A stretch of 64,000 nucleotides of DNA from Rhodospirillales bacterium (GTDB taxonomy: Bacteria; Pseudomonadota; Alphaproteobacteria; Rhodospirillales; UBA2165), in NCBI GenBank assembly GCA_012960465.1, contig DUBF01000148.1, positions 8,982 to 72,981 of the forward strand, written 5' to 3'. Position 1 is the stretch's first letter. Every line of letters begins with the position of its first letter. Below the pieces are notes generated by a model. That model worked only from the letters and a program-made list of their open reading frames with translations, had not been told where the DNA came from and made no database searches. Shown here in pieces: positions 19,466 through 29,568 of the stretch. The translations under genes and the position numbers were made by a program.

Positions 19466-19668
19466 TCGATTATTAGTATTCCAACATCTAAATGCTAGCC
19501 TTATCGGAGCTCCGACAGCATAATACGGATCGTAGATTTGGGTGCTTCAGGCTCTGTTAATTTTGATGTTAGGGATCTTGGGGAAAAATCCCAAGTAAGT
19601 TAGTTATGGTAGTGTGTCATCATTTAGAGCTCTTATGAAAAATATATCGAGAAGATATTCTCGTTTAA

Positions 19669-20214
19669 ATGGCTGCGTTTGTCATGGGTGAACCTTTAAA
19701 CTTAAAACAGTCCGGTTTTACCCTAGTACTTGGGGGCCAGCGTTCGGGCAAAAGTTTTTTTGCTGAGCAACTTATCGAAAAGGTTGGTGGAGGAATTTAT
19801 GTAGCCACCTCTGAATCCCATGATGGTGAAATGGCATCGCGGATATTAATCCATCAGGAACGCCGGGGTGATTTGTGGCAAACCATTGAGGAACCAATAT
19901 TATTAGTCCAGACGCTCTTATCTTTAAAAGGCCGCCGGAAGCCTGTTTTAGTAGATTGTTTGACGTTGTGGTTAACAAATATAATGTTACTTAATAAGAA
20001 TATTGAGACAGAAATAGACGATTTGTGTGCATTGGCTGAGAATATAGATTTTCCCGTTGTTTTTGTTTCTAATGAGGTTGGTCAAGGAATTATACCAGAT
20101 AACGCTTTAGCGCGACAATTTGCCGATTGGGCTGGTAAAATGAACCAGAAGATTGCTACTGTTTCTGATAATGTTATTTTTATGACCGCGGGAATTTCTC
20201 AAATACTAAAATAA
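19669..20214 (+). CDS. cobU: Bifunctional adenosylcobinamide kinase/guanylyltransferase (CobU/CobP)
   Basis: LGGQRSGKS, RI..HQ.RR, VDCLTLW and VSNEVG.G motifs. Confidence 0.93.
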   Translation: MAAFVMGEPLNLKQSGFTLVLGGQRSGKSFFAEQLIEKVGGGIYVATSESHDGEMASRILIHQERRGDLWQTIEEPILLVQTLLSLKGRRKPVLVDCLTLWLTNIMLLNKNIETEIDDLCALAENIDFPVVFVSNEVGQGIIPDNALARQFADWAGKMNQKIATVSDNVIFMTAGISQILK

Positions 20215-20223
20215 GGAATAATA

Positions 20224-21258
20224 ATGGCTTTAGAGACTAAAGTACCTGTTACTGTGATAACTGGCTTTTTAGGGGCGGGGAAAACTAGTTTGATCCGCCA
20301 TATGTTGGAGAATGCTGGTAGCAAGAAACTAGCTTTAATCATTAATGAATTTGGTGATCTTGGTATTGATGGTGATATTCTAAAAGGTTGTGGTGACGAG
20401 ACTTGTTCTGAAGAGGATGTTTTGGAGCTGACGAATGGCTGTATCTGTTGTACCGTTGCCGATGATTTTATACCAACCCTTGAAAAGTTGTTAAATCGGG
20501 AGGAACGTCCAGATCAAATCGTGATTGAAACCTCTGGTTTAGCGTTGCCCAAGCCTCTTATAAAGGCGTTCCAATGGCCAGAGATCCGATCTCGGACAAC
20601 CGTCGATGGAGTGATTACTGTTGTTGATGGGCCAGCTGTAAACTCTGGATTGTTTGCTAATGACCCTGATTTAATTAAAAAGCAACGAGAAGCTGACCCA
20701 TCGCTAGACCATGAGAACCCTTTAGAAGAAGTTTTCAACGACCAGTTAGCTTGTGCGGACATGGTGATTGTAAGCAAGTCTGACATGCTTGATGAAAAAA
20801 ATTTAACAGATGTTTTAACACTTATAAATAAAAATTCTAGAACTTCGGTAGAAGCCATTCCTGTGGTTCATGGCCGACTTGATCCAAAAGTAATATTGGG
20901 TGTTGGGGCCGCTGTCGAAGATGAGGTGGATACTCGACCGTCCTGCCACGATGACGAAGAAGATCATGAGCATGATGACTTTGATACTATTACGGTCAAC
21001 ATTTCTGCAGCATGCGTACCCATCGATACTGTTAATCGAGTTAAACTTGCTCTTGATCAAGAGGGGGTTCTTCGGATTAAAGGTGTTACAGAAATCCGGG
21101 GTAAGGAAGCCCGGTTGGTAATCCAGGGTGTTGGTGGTCGTGTTGATTATTATTATGATCGACCATGGAACTTGAGCGAAAGCCGTAATAGTCAATTAGT
21201 TGTTATTGGATTAAAAGGTTTTGACTGTGATGCCGTCGAAACAATTCTGAAGAACTAA
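20224..21258 (+). CDS. cobW: Cobalamin biosynthesis GTPase/metallochaperone CobW
   Basis: TGFLGAGKT, NEFG, GCICC, IETSGLALP and an acidic/His linker; directly upstream of cobN. Confidence 0.93.
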   Translation: MALETKVPVTVITGFLGAGKTSLIRHMLENAGSKKLALIINEFGDLGIDGDILKGCGDETCSEEDVLELTNGCICCTVADDFIPTLEKLLNREERPDQIVIETSGLALPKPLIKAFQWPEIRSRTTVDGVITVVDGPAVNSGLFANDPDLIKKQREADPSLDHENPLEEVFNDQLACADMVIVSKSDMLDEKNLTDVLTLINKNSRTSVEAIPVVHGRLDPKVILGVGAAVEDEVDTRPSCHDDEEDHEHDDFDTITVNISAACVPIDTVNRVKLALDQEGVLRIKGVTEIRGKEARLVIQGVGGRVDYYYDRPWNLSESRNSQLVVIGLKGFDCDAVETILKN

Positions 21259-21266
21259 GAGGTAGT

Positions 21267-24200
21267 ATGCATCTACTTGTCACCCAACCTGGAGAAATTA
21301 ATGACGGTGGCCAGGCAGTGGACCTTGGACAATCGTCTGGCGACATTATATTTTTGTCGTCAGCAGCCAGCGATTTAGCAATATTAGCTGAACAGCATAA
21401 AACGTATAACTATCCGACTCTTAGGCTCGCTAATTTAATGCAGCTTAGCCATAACATGTCGGTGGACTTGTATATAGAGAATACAATTATTGGGGCTAAG
21501 ATAGTAATTATTCGGTTACTTGGGGGGCTGGGTTATTGGTCTTACGGGATTGAACAAATCAGGATTACATGTCTGAAGTATCATATAAAATTTGCCGTTG
21601 TACCGGGTGATGCCGCTCCAGATCCAGAATTAATAGAACAATCTACTTTGGAGCCTGAGGCCTGCCATCGAATATGGCAGTATTGTGTGCAAAGTGGGCC
21701 AGATAATATTCGCAGTCTATTGGATTATTCAAGTTCATTAATTGGCAAAGAAGTTATGTGGCGTGAACCTGTGTCGTTATTACATTCTGGTGTGTATTGG
21801 CCTTTAATCTCTAATCCGGACTTAGCACAAATCAGTGATAAATGGGTTAAAGAGTATCCCGTGGTTGCAATTGTATTTTATCGTTCTCTCCTGCAAACTT
21901 CCGATCTTGATCCTATAGATGTATTGATCGAACGGCTACAGTCTCAGAATATTAATCCCCTGCCCATTTTTGTTGGAAGTTTGAAAGATCTTATTTCCGC
22001 AGAGATCGTTAGAAAGCTGATCAAAGAAACGCGCCCTGCTGTTATTTTAAATTGTACTGGTTTTGCAGTGTCTTCACCGGGTAGTGCTATCTTCGATACG
22101 CCCTTCCTCCTGGCTAATTGTCCTGTTTTTCAAGTTATACTATCGGGAGGGACATTTACAGAGTGGCAGGAAGGCACGCGCGGCTTGTCGCCAAAAGATC
22201 TCGCGATGAATGTAGCTCTCCCTGAGGTCGATGGACGCCTCATAACACGAGCAATCTCGTTTAAAAAATCGCAGAAATTTGATAAATCAACGGAAGTTAC
22301 GGTTATTAAACATGAGGCAGTTCAGTCACGTATAGATTTTGTGGTAGCGCTTGCTGCATCTTGGGCACGTTTGCGTTCTGTTAAAGTTGCTGAGAAGCGG
22401 ATAGCTTTAGTCGTAGCAAATTACCCAAATAAAGATGGTCGCCTTGGCAATGGAGTGGGACTTGATACGCCAACCAGTATTGGCGTTGCTCTCGAACGTA
22501 TGATTAAGGAAGGTTATACGCTTGGTCCAAATGTGCCTACCACAAGTAAAGAAATAATGGGTCGATTGATGGCGGGGCCAACAAATGCCGCGGGTAAGCG
22601 GATCGGAGGCGAGTTATTCTCTTTGGTTGATTACCAAAATTTCTATAAAACGCTGCCCACGCCTGTTCAAGGTGATATATTGAAGCGCTGGGGTAAGCCA
22701 AACGATGATCCTTTTTTCTCAAACGGGAACTTTATTTTGCCTGCACATATTTTCGGCAATGTTATATTAGCTGTGCAGCCGGCACGTGGCTACAATATTG
22801 ATCCTACATCATCCTATCATGATCCTGATCTAGTACCACCTCATGGTTATCTCGCATTTTATGCTTGGTTGCGTAACAAAATGAATATCCATGCAATAGT
22901 TCATTTTGGTAAACATGGAAACCTTGAATGGTTGCCCGGAAAGGCATTAATGCTGGATAATACCTGCTATCCGGAAATTGTTTTAGGACCGGTACCTCAT
23001 CTGTATCCTTTTATCGTCAATGACCCTGGTGAAGGTACTCAGGCAAAGCGGAGATCGGGAGCCATTATAATTGATCACTTAACTCCTCCTTTAACGCGAG
23101 CCGAAAGTTACGGACCCTTGAGAGATTTAGAGCAACTGATTGATGAGTATTACCAAGCTACCGGTATGGATCCGCGGAGGCTCCAAATATTAGGTGAAGA
23201 AATTCTCGTTCTTAGTCGTAGCATTGGCCTTGATAAAGATATTGGGATTAAGAATTCAGATGGTGAGAATGTCGCTTTATCAAAGATAGATAATTATCTC
23301 TGCGAGTTGAAGGAAATGCAGATTAGAGATGGTCTTCATATTTTTGGAAACTCACCAACTGGTATTCAAAAGACCGACCTTATGATAGCACTTACTAGGT
23401 TGCAGCGCGGGAGTGGTAAGGGTGCGGAGGCCTCGATTATTCGTGCCTTGGCTAAAGATTTGGAGATTAAAGACTTTGACCCGCTTGATTGTGAAATGGG
23501 TAACGTTTGGCTGGCTGTTAGACCCAAGGAACTAAAGCGTTATGGGGGAGTGTGGCGTAGCAATGGGGATACTGTAGAACGCCTTGAAATGTTGGCACAG
23601 AGTATTCTTATAGGAGAGGTTAATCCAAAACGACACTGGAAAAGGACAAATGCAGTAATCGAATTTATTCAACAAACCCTCGATCCAATTATTTCTGATT
23701 GTGGCGAGCAAGAATTGTCTGGTTTGATGAAAGGGCTGGCAGGCTGTTTTGTAGAACCGGGAAGCAGCGGAGCACCAACTCGAGGGCGTTTGGACGTTTT
23801 GCCAACAGGTAAAAATTTTTTTTCCATTGACGTTCGAGCTGTTCCGACACCATCAGCTTGGAAGCTTGGTTGGAAATCTGCTACGTTATTGATCGAGCGC
23901 CACTTCCAAGAAAACGGCGAATATCCTAGGCGTTTGGCTATAAGTGCATGGGGGACAGCTAATATGCGCACCGGGGGTGATGATATTGCTCAGGCATTAG
24001 CCCTAATGGGTGTTCAGCCTGTTTGGGATAAGCAGGCCAATCGAATTACCGGCTTTGAGGTAATGCCGCTGACGGTTCTCGGGCGGCCTCGCGTCGATGT
24101 TATATTCAGGATTTCTGGGTTTTTCCGAGATGCGTTTCCTGCACAAGTCGATTTATTAGACTCGGCTGTACGCGCAGTCGCTGCGCAAGATGAGTCAGAA

Positions 24201-25007
24201 TATGATAATCCTCTAGCCGCACAGACAAAAAAAGATTCAGCACTGTTAGTTGCAGGCGGTTCAGACGCTGATGATGCGTTACGCCGTGCAAGTTTTCGTA
24301 TATTTGGTTCTAAACCAGGGGCGTATGGCGCAGGCCTGCAAACCCTAATTGACGAGCGCTGTTGGGAGAGTGATGAAGATCTTATGCGAGCTTATGTGGC
24401 ATGGGGTAGCTACGCCTATGGTGATGGTGCAGAGGGAAAGGCTGAGAAAAGCTTGTTCGAGGCGCGGCTCAAGGGTGTGGAAGTAGTTGTTCATAATCAA
24501 GATAATCGTGAACACGATCTTTTGGATAGTGATGACTACTATCAATTTGAAGGAGGTATAACAGCAGCAGTTCGAGAACTTTCTGGTCAACAGCCGACCA
24601 TTTATCACAATGATCATTCAAGACCAGAGTTTCCAAAAATCCGCACGCTTGAGGAAGAAATTGGCCGCGTAGTTCGGGCGAGAGCTGCTAACCCAAAGTG
24701 GATAGAAGGCGTGATGCGGCACGGTTATAAAGGAGCCTTTGAGATGGCGGCAACGGTTGACTATCTATTTTCTTTTGCGGTGACGGCTCAAGTTGTAGAT
24801 CATCATCACTTTGATCAATTATTTGATGCTTATATATTGAATGAGCGTGTGTGCAGTTTTATCGAAGAATATAACACCCCGGCGTTGCGTGAAATTGTCG
24901 AACGTTTTGCTGAAGCCATTGAAAGAGGTGTTTGGCACCCGCGATCTAACAGGGTGGGAGACATTTTAGCTCAATTAAAAAGTAAAAATTCAGGGGAACT
25001 TGTATGA
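21267..25007 (+). CDS. cobN: Cobaltochelatase large subunit
   Basis: 1246 aa; MHLL start; PEVDGR, HFGKHGNLEWLPGK, DPGEGTQAKRR, LPTGKNF and RAANPKWI motifs. Confidence 0.96.
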   Translation: MHLLVTQPGEINDGGQAVDLGQSSGDIIFLSSAASDLAILAEQHKTYNYPTLRLANLMQLSHNMSVDLYIENTIIGAKIVIIRLLGGLGYWSYGIEQIRITCLKYHIKFAVVPGDAAPDPELIEQSTLEPEACHRIWQYCVQSGPDNIRSLLDYSSSLIGKEVMWREPVSLLHSGVYWPLISNPDLAQISDKWVKEYPVVAIVFYRSLLQTSDLDPIDVLIERLQSQNINPLPIFVGSLKDLISAEIVRKLIKETRPAVILNCTGFAVSSPGSAIFDTPFLLANCPVFQVILSGGTFTEWQEGTRGLSPKDLAMNVALPEVDGRLITRAISFKKSQKFDKSTEVTVIKHEAVQSRIDFVVALAASWARLRSVKVAEKRIALVVANYPNKDGRLGNGVGLDTPTSIGVALERMIKEGYTLGPNVPTTSKEIMGRLMAGPTNAAGKRIGGELFSLVDYQNFYKTLPTPVQGDILKRWGKPNDDPFFSNGNFILPAHIFGNVILAVQPARGYNIDPTSSYHDPDLVPPHGYLAFYAWLRNKMNIHAIVHFGKHGNLEWLPGKALMLDNTCYPEIVLGPVPHLYPFIVNDPGEGTQAKRRSGAIIIDHLTPPLTRAESYGPLRDLEQLIDEYYQATGMDPRRLQILGEEILVLSRSIGLDKDIGIKNSDGENVALSKIDNYLCELKEMQIRDGLHIFGNSPTGIQKTDLMIALTRLQRGSGKGAEASIIRALAKDLEIKDFDPLDCEMGNVWLAVRPKELKRYGGVWRSNGDTVERLEMLAQSILIGEVNPKRHWKRTNAVIEFIQQTLDPIISDCGEQELSGLMKGLAGCFVEPGSSGAPTRGRLDVLPTGKNFFSIDVRAVPTPSAWKLGWKSATLLIERHFQENGEYPRRLAISAWGTANMRTGGDDIAQALALMGVQPVWDKQANRITGFEVMPLTVLGRPRVDVIFRISGFFRDAFPAQVDLLDSAVRAVAAQDESEYDNPLAAQTKKDSALLVAGGSDADDALRRASFRIFGSKPGAYGAGLQTLIDERCWESDEDLMRAYVAWGSYAYGDGAEGKAEKSLFEARLKGVEVVVHNQDNREHDLLDSDDYYQFEGGITAAVRELSGQQPTIYHNDHSRPEFPKIRTLEEEIGRVVRARAANPKWIEGVMRHGYKGAFEMAATVDYLFSFAVTAQVVDHHHFDQLFDAYILNERVCSFIEEYNTPALREIVERFAEAIERGVWHPRSNRVGDILAQLKSKNSGELV

Positions 25008-25624
25008 GTATTGAATTATCTGAAGAAGAAATAAATCAACGAGCTAATGAAAAACGCCGTAAGCACAAGGCGGCAAAAGATAAACTACTAGCAACTAAAA
25101 CTAAAGAGGGTGGTCTACTGGTCGTCCACACGGGCAAAGGTAAAGGTAAAACGACCGCCGCTATGGGGATCGTGGCCCGTTGTATTGGCCATGGGGAAAA
25201 AGTTGGTATTGTACAGTTTGTTAAAGGCAAGTGGGAAACAGGAGAGCGAGTTGTTCTCGAGGCTTTTCCAGAACTCGTAAATATTACGGCAATGGGAGAA
25301 GGTTTTACATGGGAGACACAAGATCGGGCTCGAGATATTAAAGCGGCAAATGCAGCCTGGGCTCGCTCAAAGGAAATGATTGAAGACCCCGAATTTTTCT
25401 TGGTGCTTTTGGATGAGATTAACATCGTGTTGCGCAATAATTATATCGACATTGAAGAAGTAGTTGAATATTTAAAAAATAAACCAAATGACAAACATGT
25501 GATTTGTACAGGTCGCAATGCTAAGTTGGAATTAATTGAAGTGGCTGATTTGGTGACTGAGATGACCGAAATAAAACATCATTTTCGTGATGGATACAAA
25601 GCGCAGGCTGGAATAGAGTTTTAA
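25004..25624 (+). CDS. cobO: Cob(I)yrinic acid a,c-diamide adenosyltransferase
   Basis: HTGKGKGKTTAAMG, QFVKG, GEGFTW, LDEIN, TGRNA and AGIEF motifs. Confidence 0.95.
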   Translation: MSIELSEEEINQRANEKRRKHKAAKDKLLATKTKEGGLLVVHTGKGKGKTTAAMGIVARCIGHGEKVGIVQFVKGKWETGERVVLEAFPELVNITAMGEGFTWETQDRARDIKAANAAWARSKEMIEDPEFFLVLLDEINIVLRNNYIDIEEVVEYLKNKPNDKHVICTGRNAKLELIEVADLVTEMTEIKHHFRDGYKAQAGIEF

Positions 25625-25627
25625 TTT

Positions 25628-27085
25628 ATGTCTGCTCTTATGTTTCAGGGTACTGGTTCCGATGTCGGTAAATCACTCATTGTAGCGGGTCTGTGTCGTG
25701 CCCTGGTGAACCGAGGGTTGTTGGTGAAACCATTCAAGCCTCAAAACATGTCTAATAATGCGGCAGTTGTTTCAGGCGGTGGCGAGATTGGACGGGCACA
25801 AGCTTTGCAGGCAAAAGCTTGCAGGCTATCACCTCATATTGATATGAACCCTGTCCTACTCAAACCGCAATCAGATGTGGGTGCGCAGTTGGTTGTGATG
25901 GGTAAAGTTGAAGGGAATTATCCGGCGAAAGAATATCAAGCAAAAAAGATTGAGTTATTAGATGTTGTGATGGATGCTGCTCAGCGCCTTAAAAAAGAAG
26001 CAGATATTCTTTTGATTGAAGGTGCAGGAAGTGCTGCAGAAGTTAATCTGCGAGAAAACGATATTGCCAATATGGGCTTTGCAGTTGCTACGCAAACGCC
26101 GGTAGTCCTCGTAGCTGATATTGATAGAGGTGGCGTAATTGCAAGTATTGTTGGAACGTGGGAGTTGCTGCCAGAAGAGGAGCGCAAGTTAATTTCGGGT
26201 TATATAATTAATAAATTTCGCGGCGACGTCAATTTGTTCAAAAGTGGTATCGAGATAATTGAAAAAAAGACTGGATTATCGTGTTTTGGTGTTATTCCAT
26301 TTGTGCCGGAGGCTACGAGGTTGCCCCAAGAGGATGCCCACTCTTTAGAAAATACTACGCGCAACCAAAGTGGCGGAGAGATTAAAATTGTTGTGCCACA
26401 ATTAGCTCATATCTCTAACTATGATGATTTTGACCCACTTATTGCGGAGCCCGATGTTGATTTACAATTTATTAAACGTGGAGAGGTTTTACCAGGTGAT
26501 GCGGATCTGGTCATCTTGCCCGGTTCTAAAACGACTACTGCTGATTTAGTAGATCTAAGAATACAAGGCTGGGATATAGATATTAAGGCTCATCTCCGGC
26601 GAGGAGGCCATGTTTACGGTATTTGTGCTGGTTATCAAATGCTGGGCAATCAGATAAATGATCCTGAAAATTTGGAGGGCGAAGTTGCTTCAATTGAGGG
26701 ACTTGGACTTTTGGACATTCAAACTAGGATGGGTGGCGATAAGACTTTAACTGAAGTTTCAGTAGACTCCTGTCTGGGTTTTGGAGAGTTTCAGGGCTAC
26801 GAAATGCATATAGGTCAAACTGTGGGCCCCGATTGTAGCAGGCCTTTTGGTAAAGTAGACGGTAGAAATACAGGGGCCGTTTCTCCAGATGGAAATGTTG
26901 GGGGCTGTTATGTGCACGGCCTATTTTCTAATGACGCATTTCGTCACTCAATTCTTTCAAGTCTAAAAGATAGAAAAGCAACTGGTGTTGCCTATGATCT
27001 TCAAGTTGAAGAAGCTTTAGATAGTGTTTCCATAGCTTTTGAGAAAGCATTGAATATTGATAGATTGTTGGCTTCTGCACGTTAA
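25628..27085 (+). CDS. cobQ: Cobyric acid synthase
   Basis: QGTGSDVGKS, PFKPQNMSNNA, EGAGS.AEVNL, GICAGYQMLG and YVHG motifs. Confidence 0.96.
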   Translation: MSALMFQGTGSDVGKSLIVAGLCRALVNRGLLVKPFKPQNMSNNAAVVSGGGEIGRAQALQAKACRLSPHIDMNPVLLKPQSDVGAQLVVMGKVEGNYPAKEYQAKKIELLDVVMDAAQRLKKEADILLIEGAGSAAEVNLRENDIANMGFAVATQTPVVLVADIDRGGVIASIVGTWELLPEEERKLISGYIINKFRGDVNLFKSGIEIIEKKTGLSCFGVIPFVPEATRLPQEDAHSLENTTRNQSGGEIKIVVPQLAHISNYDDFDPLIAEPDVDLQFIKRGEVLPGDADLVILPGSKTTTADLVDLRIQGWDIDIKAHLRRGGHVYGICAGYQMLGNQINDPENLEGEVASIEGLGLLDIQTRMGGDKTLTEVSVDSCLGFGEFQGYEMHIGQTVGPDCSRPFGKVDGRNTGAVSPDGNVGGCYVHGLFSNDAFRHSILSSLKDRKATGVAYDLQVEEALDSVSIAFEKALNIDRLLASAR

Positions 27086-27114
27086 TTTTGATAAAAATAG
27101 CGCCGTGATGTGTT

Positions 27115-28104
27115 TTAGTTATGGATGTTCAATCCTGTCAAAAATACAAGTAAAGCCGCTAATAAAAGACATGCGTTTACGTAGAGTAATAAACCTTTAC
27201 TAATATCCTCATCAGTCGCATCAGGAGTACTACCCTCGACGGCAATTCCAACCCAATCGCCATCGATCGTTTGATCGCTGTAGTCGCGGGGTCCGGCCAA
27301 TCTTAAGTTAAGGGCCCCAGCCATTGCAGATTCGGGAAATCCGGCATTAATCGATAGTTGTTTTCTTGCATCGTGTGTAATGGCTATCCATGATCTTTTA
27401 GCTTCACTTTGACCCCAGGTGAATGCTGCAATACACAGCATAAGTGCTGACAGTCGCGCGGGAATAAAATTCGCAAGGTCGTCCATGCGGGCAGCAGCCC
27501 ACCCAAAATAAAGGTAACGATCATTCTTGTATCCGATCATACTATCGGCAGTATTAAGCATTTTATATGCTAGCACGCCGGGTAGGCCAAAAAGTGTTGC
27601 CCAAAATATTGGAGCCACTACACCATCGGAGAAATTTTCTGATAAAGATTCAATAGCCGCGCGAGCAATGCCATGGTCATCAAGATTTTTTGTGTCTCGG
27701 CCGACAATTTTCCCTGCGGCAGATCGTGCATTTTCGATATCATCACTTTTCAGAGCAGAGGCGACGGCAAATACATGTTGATAGAGGCTCTTGCTAGCGA
27801 TCATCGTAGAGAGCAGCAATGCCTCCAATATCCAGCCATAAGGAATGAACGATAATAGGAATACTAGTCCCAAACCAATGCTGGCGGCTAATACTAAAAT
27901 TATAATTACTGCATAAATACCTTTTATTCGTTGAGATCTGGTCTCGTCTAATTCGTCATTTAGTCGGGTATCTAGGTGTTTAATGACCCAGCCCATCATC
28001 TGGGTGGGATGGGGAATGGAGCGGTAGAATAACTTTGGATCGCCAATAATAGCGTCAATCGTCAGTGCGAATAGTAAGGTTGGGAACATTGTAAGTTCAA
28101 ACAT
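27115..28104 (-). CDS. cbiB: Adenosylcobinamide-phosphate synthase (CbiB/CobD)
   Basis: GDP..PHP, IVGRDT, RAAIESLSENFSDG, NTADSMIGY and NAGFPESAMAG motifs. Confidence 0.94.
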   Translation of the reverse strand: MFELTMFPTLLFALTIDAIIGDPKLFYRSIPHPTQMMGWVIKHLDTRLNDELDETRSQRIKGIYAVIIILVLAASIGLGLVFLLSFIPYGWILEALLLSTMIASKSLYQHVFAVASALKSDDIENARSAAGKIVGRDTKNLDDHGIARAAIESLSENFSDGVVAPIFWATLFGLPGVLAYKMLNTADSMIGYKNDRYLYFGWAAARMDDLANFIPARLSALMLCIAAFTWGQSEAKRSWIAITHDARKQLSINAGFPESAMAGALNLRLAGPRDYSDQTIDGDWVGIAVEGSTPDATDEDISKGLLLYVNACLLLAALLVFLTGLNIHN

Positions 28105-28343
28105 TTCTGATTTCTATCAGGGAGGATTTAAACCGTCAATTAGGTAACTATTTTTCTAACTTTGATTTATAAAAAATCTTTAGCTGCAGTGACTGATCCT
28201 TTATGATGCGATACCTTGGTAAACTATTGTATAAAGTTCAGTAAATGTCTTTGTTGAGTGACTAAGCAAAAATACCCATTAATAATGGACTAACTTAGGT
28301 AAGTTTAAATAAGTCCGAGAAGTTTTTTTTTACGAGGCTTTAC

Positions 28344-29453
28344 ATGTTAAAAACTGGTATCATCATCTGCGGACACGGTAGCCGTTCGAAGAGTGCAGAG
28401 AGCGAGTTTGGCTCTTTGGCCATAGCTGTAAGAAAACGGTTTCCCAATACTCCTGTCGAGTATGGTTTTTTGGAATATTCTTCACCTAATATTCATATGG
28501 GCTTGGACGCTCTTAGGGAAGCAGGTGTCGAGCAAATTATAGCTGTACCTGGAATGTTATTTGCCGCCACTCATGCAAAGAATGATATTCCATCCGTTTT
28601 GGTTTCATATCAAAAGAAGTACCCTGGTATAGAAATTAAATATGGCCGAGAACTGGCGCTAGACTCTAAAATGATTGCTGCGTTTGAAGCGAGGATCATG
28701 GAGAGTTTGGGTGTTGATCATGTTCATGATGGAGATTTATATAATACGATGTTGGTTGTTGTTGGTAGAGGTACTTCAGACACATACGCTAACGCGGAGG
28801 CAGCTAAATTAACACGAATAGTTACTGAAAATTTAGGTTTTGGTTGGTCAGAGACGGTATATTCGGGTGTTACTTTTCCATCCGTTGGCCAAGGATTGGA
28901 AATGGCTATTAAATTAAATTATAAAAAAATAGTCGTGGCACCGTACTTCCTCTTTTCTGGTCGCTTAATTGATAGAATACAAAATTATGTTGACCGAGTT
29001 GCGGACGGCGCCCCTGATGTTAAATTTTTTAAGGCGAATTATCTCTCTGACCAAAGAAATGTGATAGACACGTTTGTAGATCGGATTGAAGAGGCAAAAC
29101 AAGGACTTGTGAAAGATAGCCATAATTTAATGGCTTCATTTGAAGCTCGTCTGTCTCGAGGTGAAGTCGAAATTCACCATCATCATGCAGAGTATCACCC
29201 GATTATGGATCCAGAAGATGAAGAGGCTTCTGGGATACATACTCACACGCACGATCATGAAAGTTCCCATGAGCATTCTCACGGGCATACACATGCTAAA
29301 TATAAACATATTGCTCATCCAAATGGGCCCAGAACAATGATAGATCAGGGAGTCTGTTGTTGTTTTATGAGCCAGTTTCCCCAAGACGTTATAGATGACG
29401 AGCGCATGCTTCGAAATAAATTAATAACTCAGAATAAAAAAATCAAAACATGA
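28344..29453 (+). CDS. cbiX: Sirohydrochlorin cobaltochelatase, long CbiX type with His-rich and Cys-Cys-Cys tail
   Basis: CGHGSR, GFLE, ATHAKNDIP and second-domain VGRGTSD / PYFLFSG motifs; poly-His C-terminus. Confidence 0.85.
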   Translation: MLKTGIIICGHGSRSKSAESEFGSLAIAVRKRFPNTPVEYGFLEYSSPNIHMGLDALREAGVEQIIAVPGMLFAATHAKNDIPSVLVSYQKKYPGIEIKYGRELALDSKMIAAFEARIMESLGVDHVHDGDLYNTMLVVVGRGTSDTYANAEAAKLTRIVTENLGFGWSETVYSGVTFPSVGQGLEMAIKLNYKKIVVAPYFLFSGRLIDRIQNYVDRVADGAPDVKFFKANYLSDQRNVIDTFVDRIEEAKQGLVKDSHNLMASFEARLSRGEVEIHHHHAEYHPIMDPEDEEASGIHTHTHDHESSHEHSHGHTHAKYKHIAHPNGPRTMIDQGVCCCFMSQFPQDVIDDERMLRNKLITQNKKIKT

Positions 29454-29568
29454 AGCCATGCTGTGGGCGTATTTTAATGACTGTGGATGTTAGTTTAGAT
29501 TATTTGCATAAGTCGGGTAAGAAAATGATCCAGCCGACTCAAGTTAATATATGTTTAGGCGGAAATAC

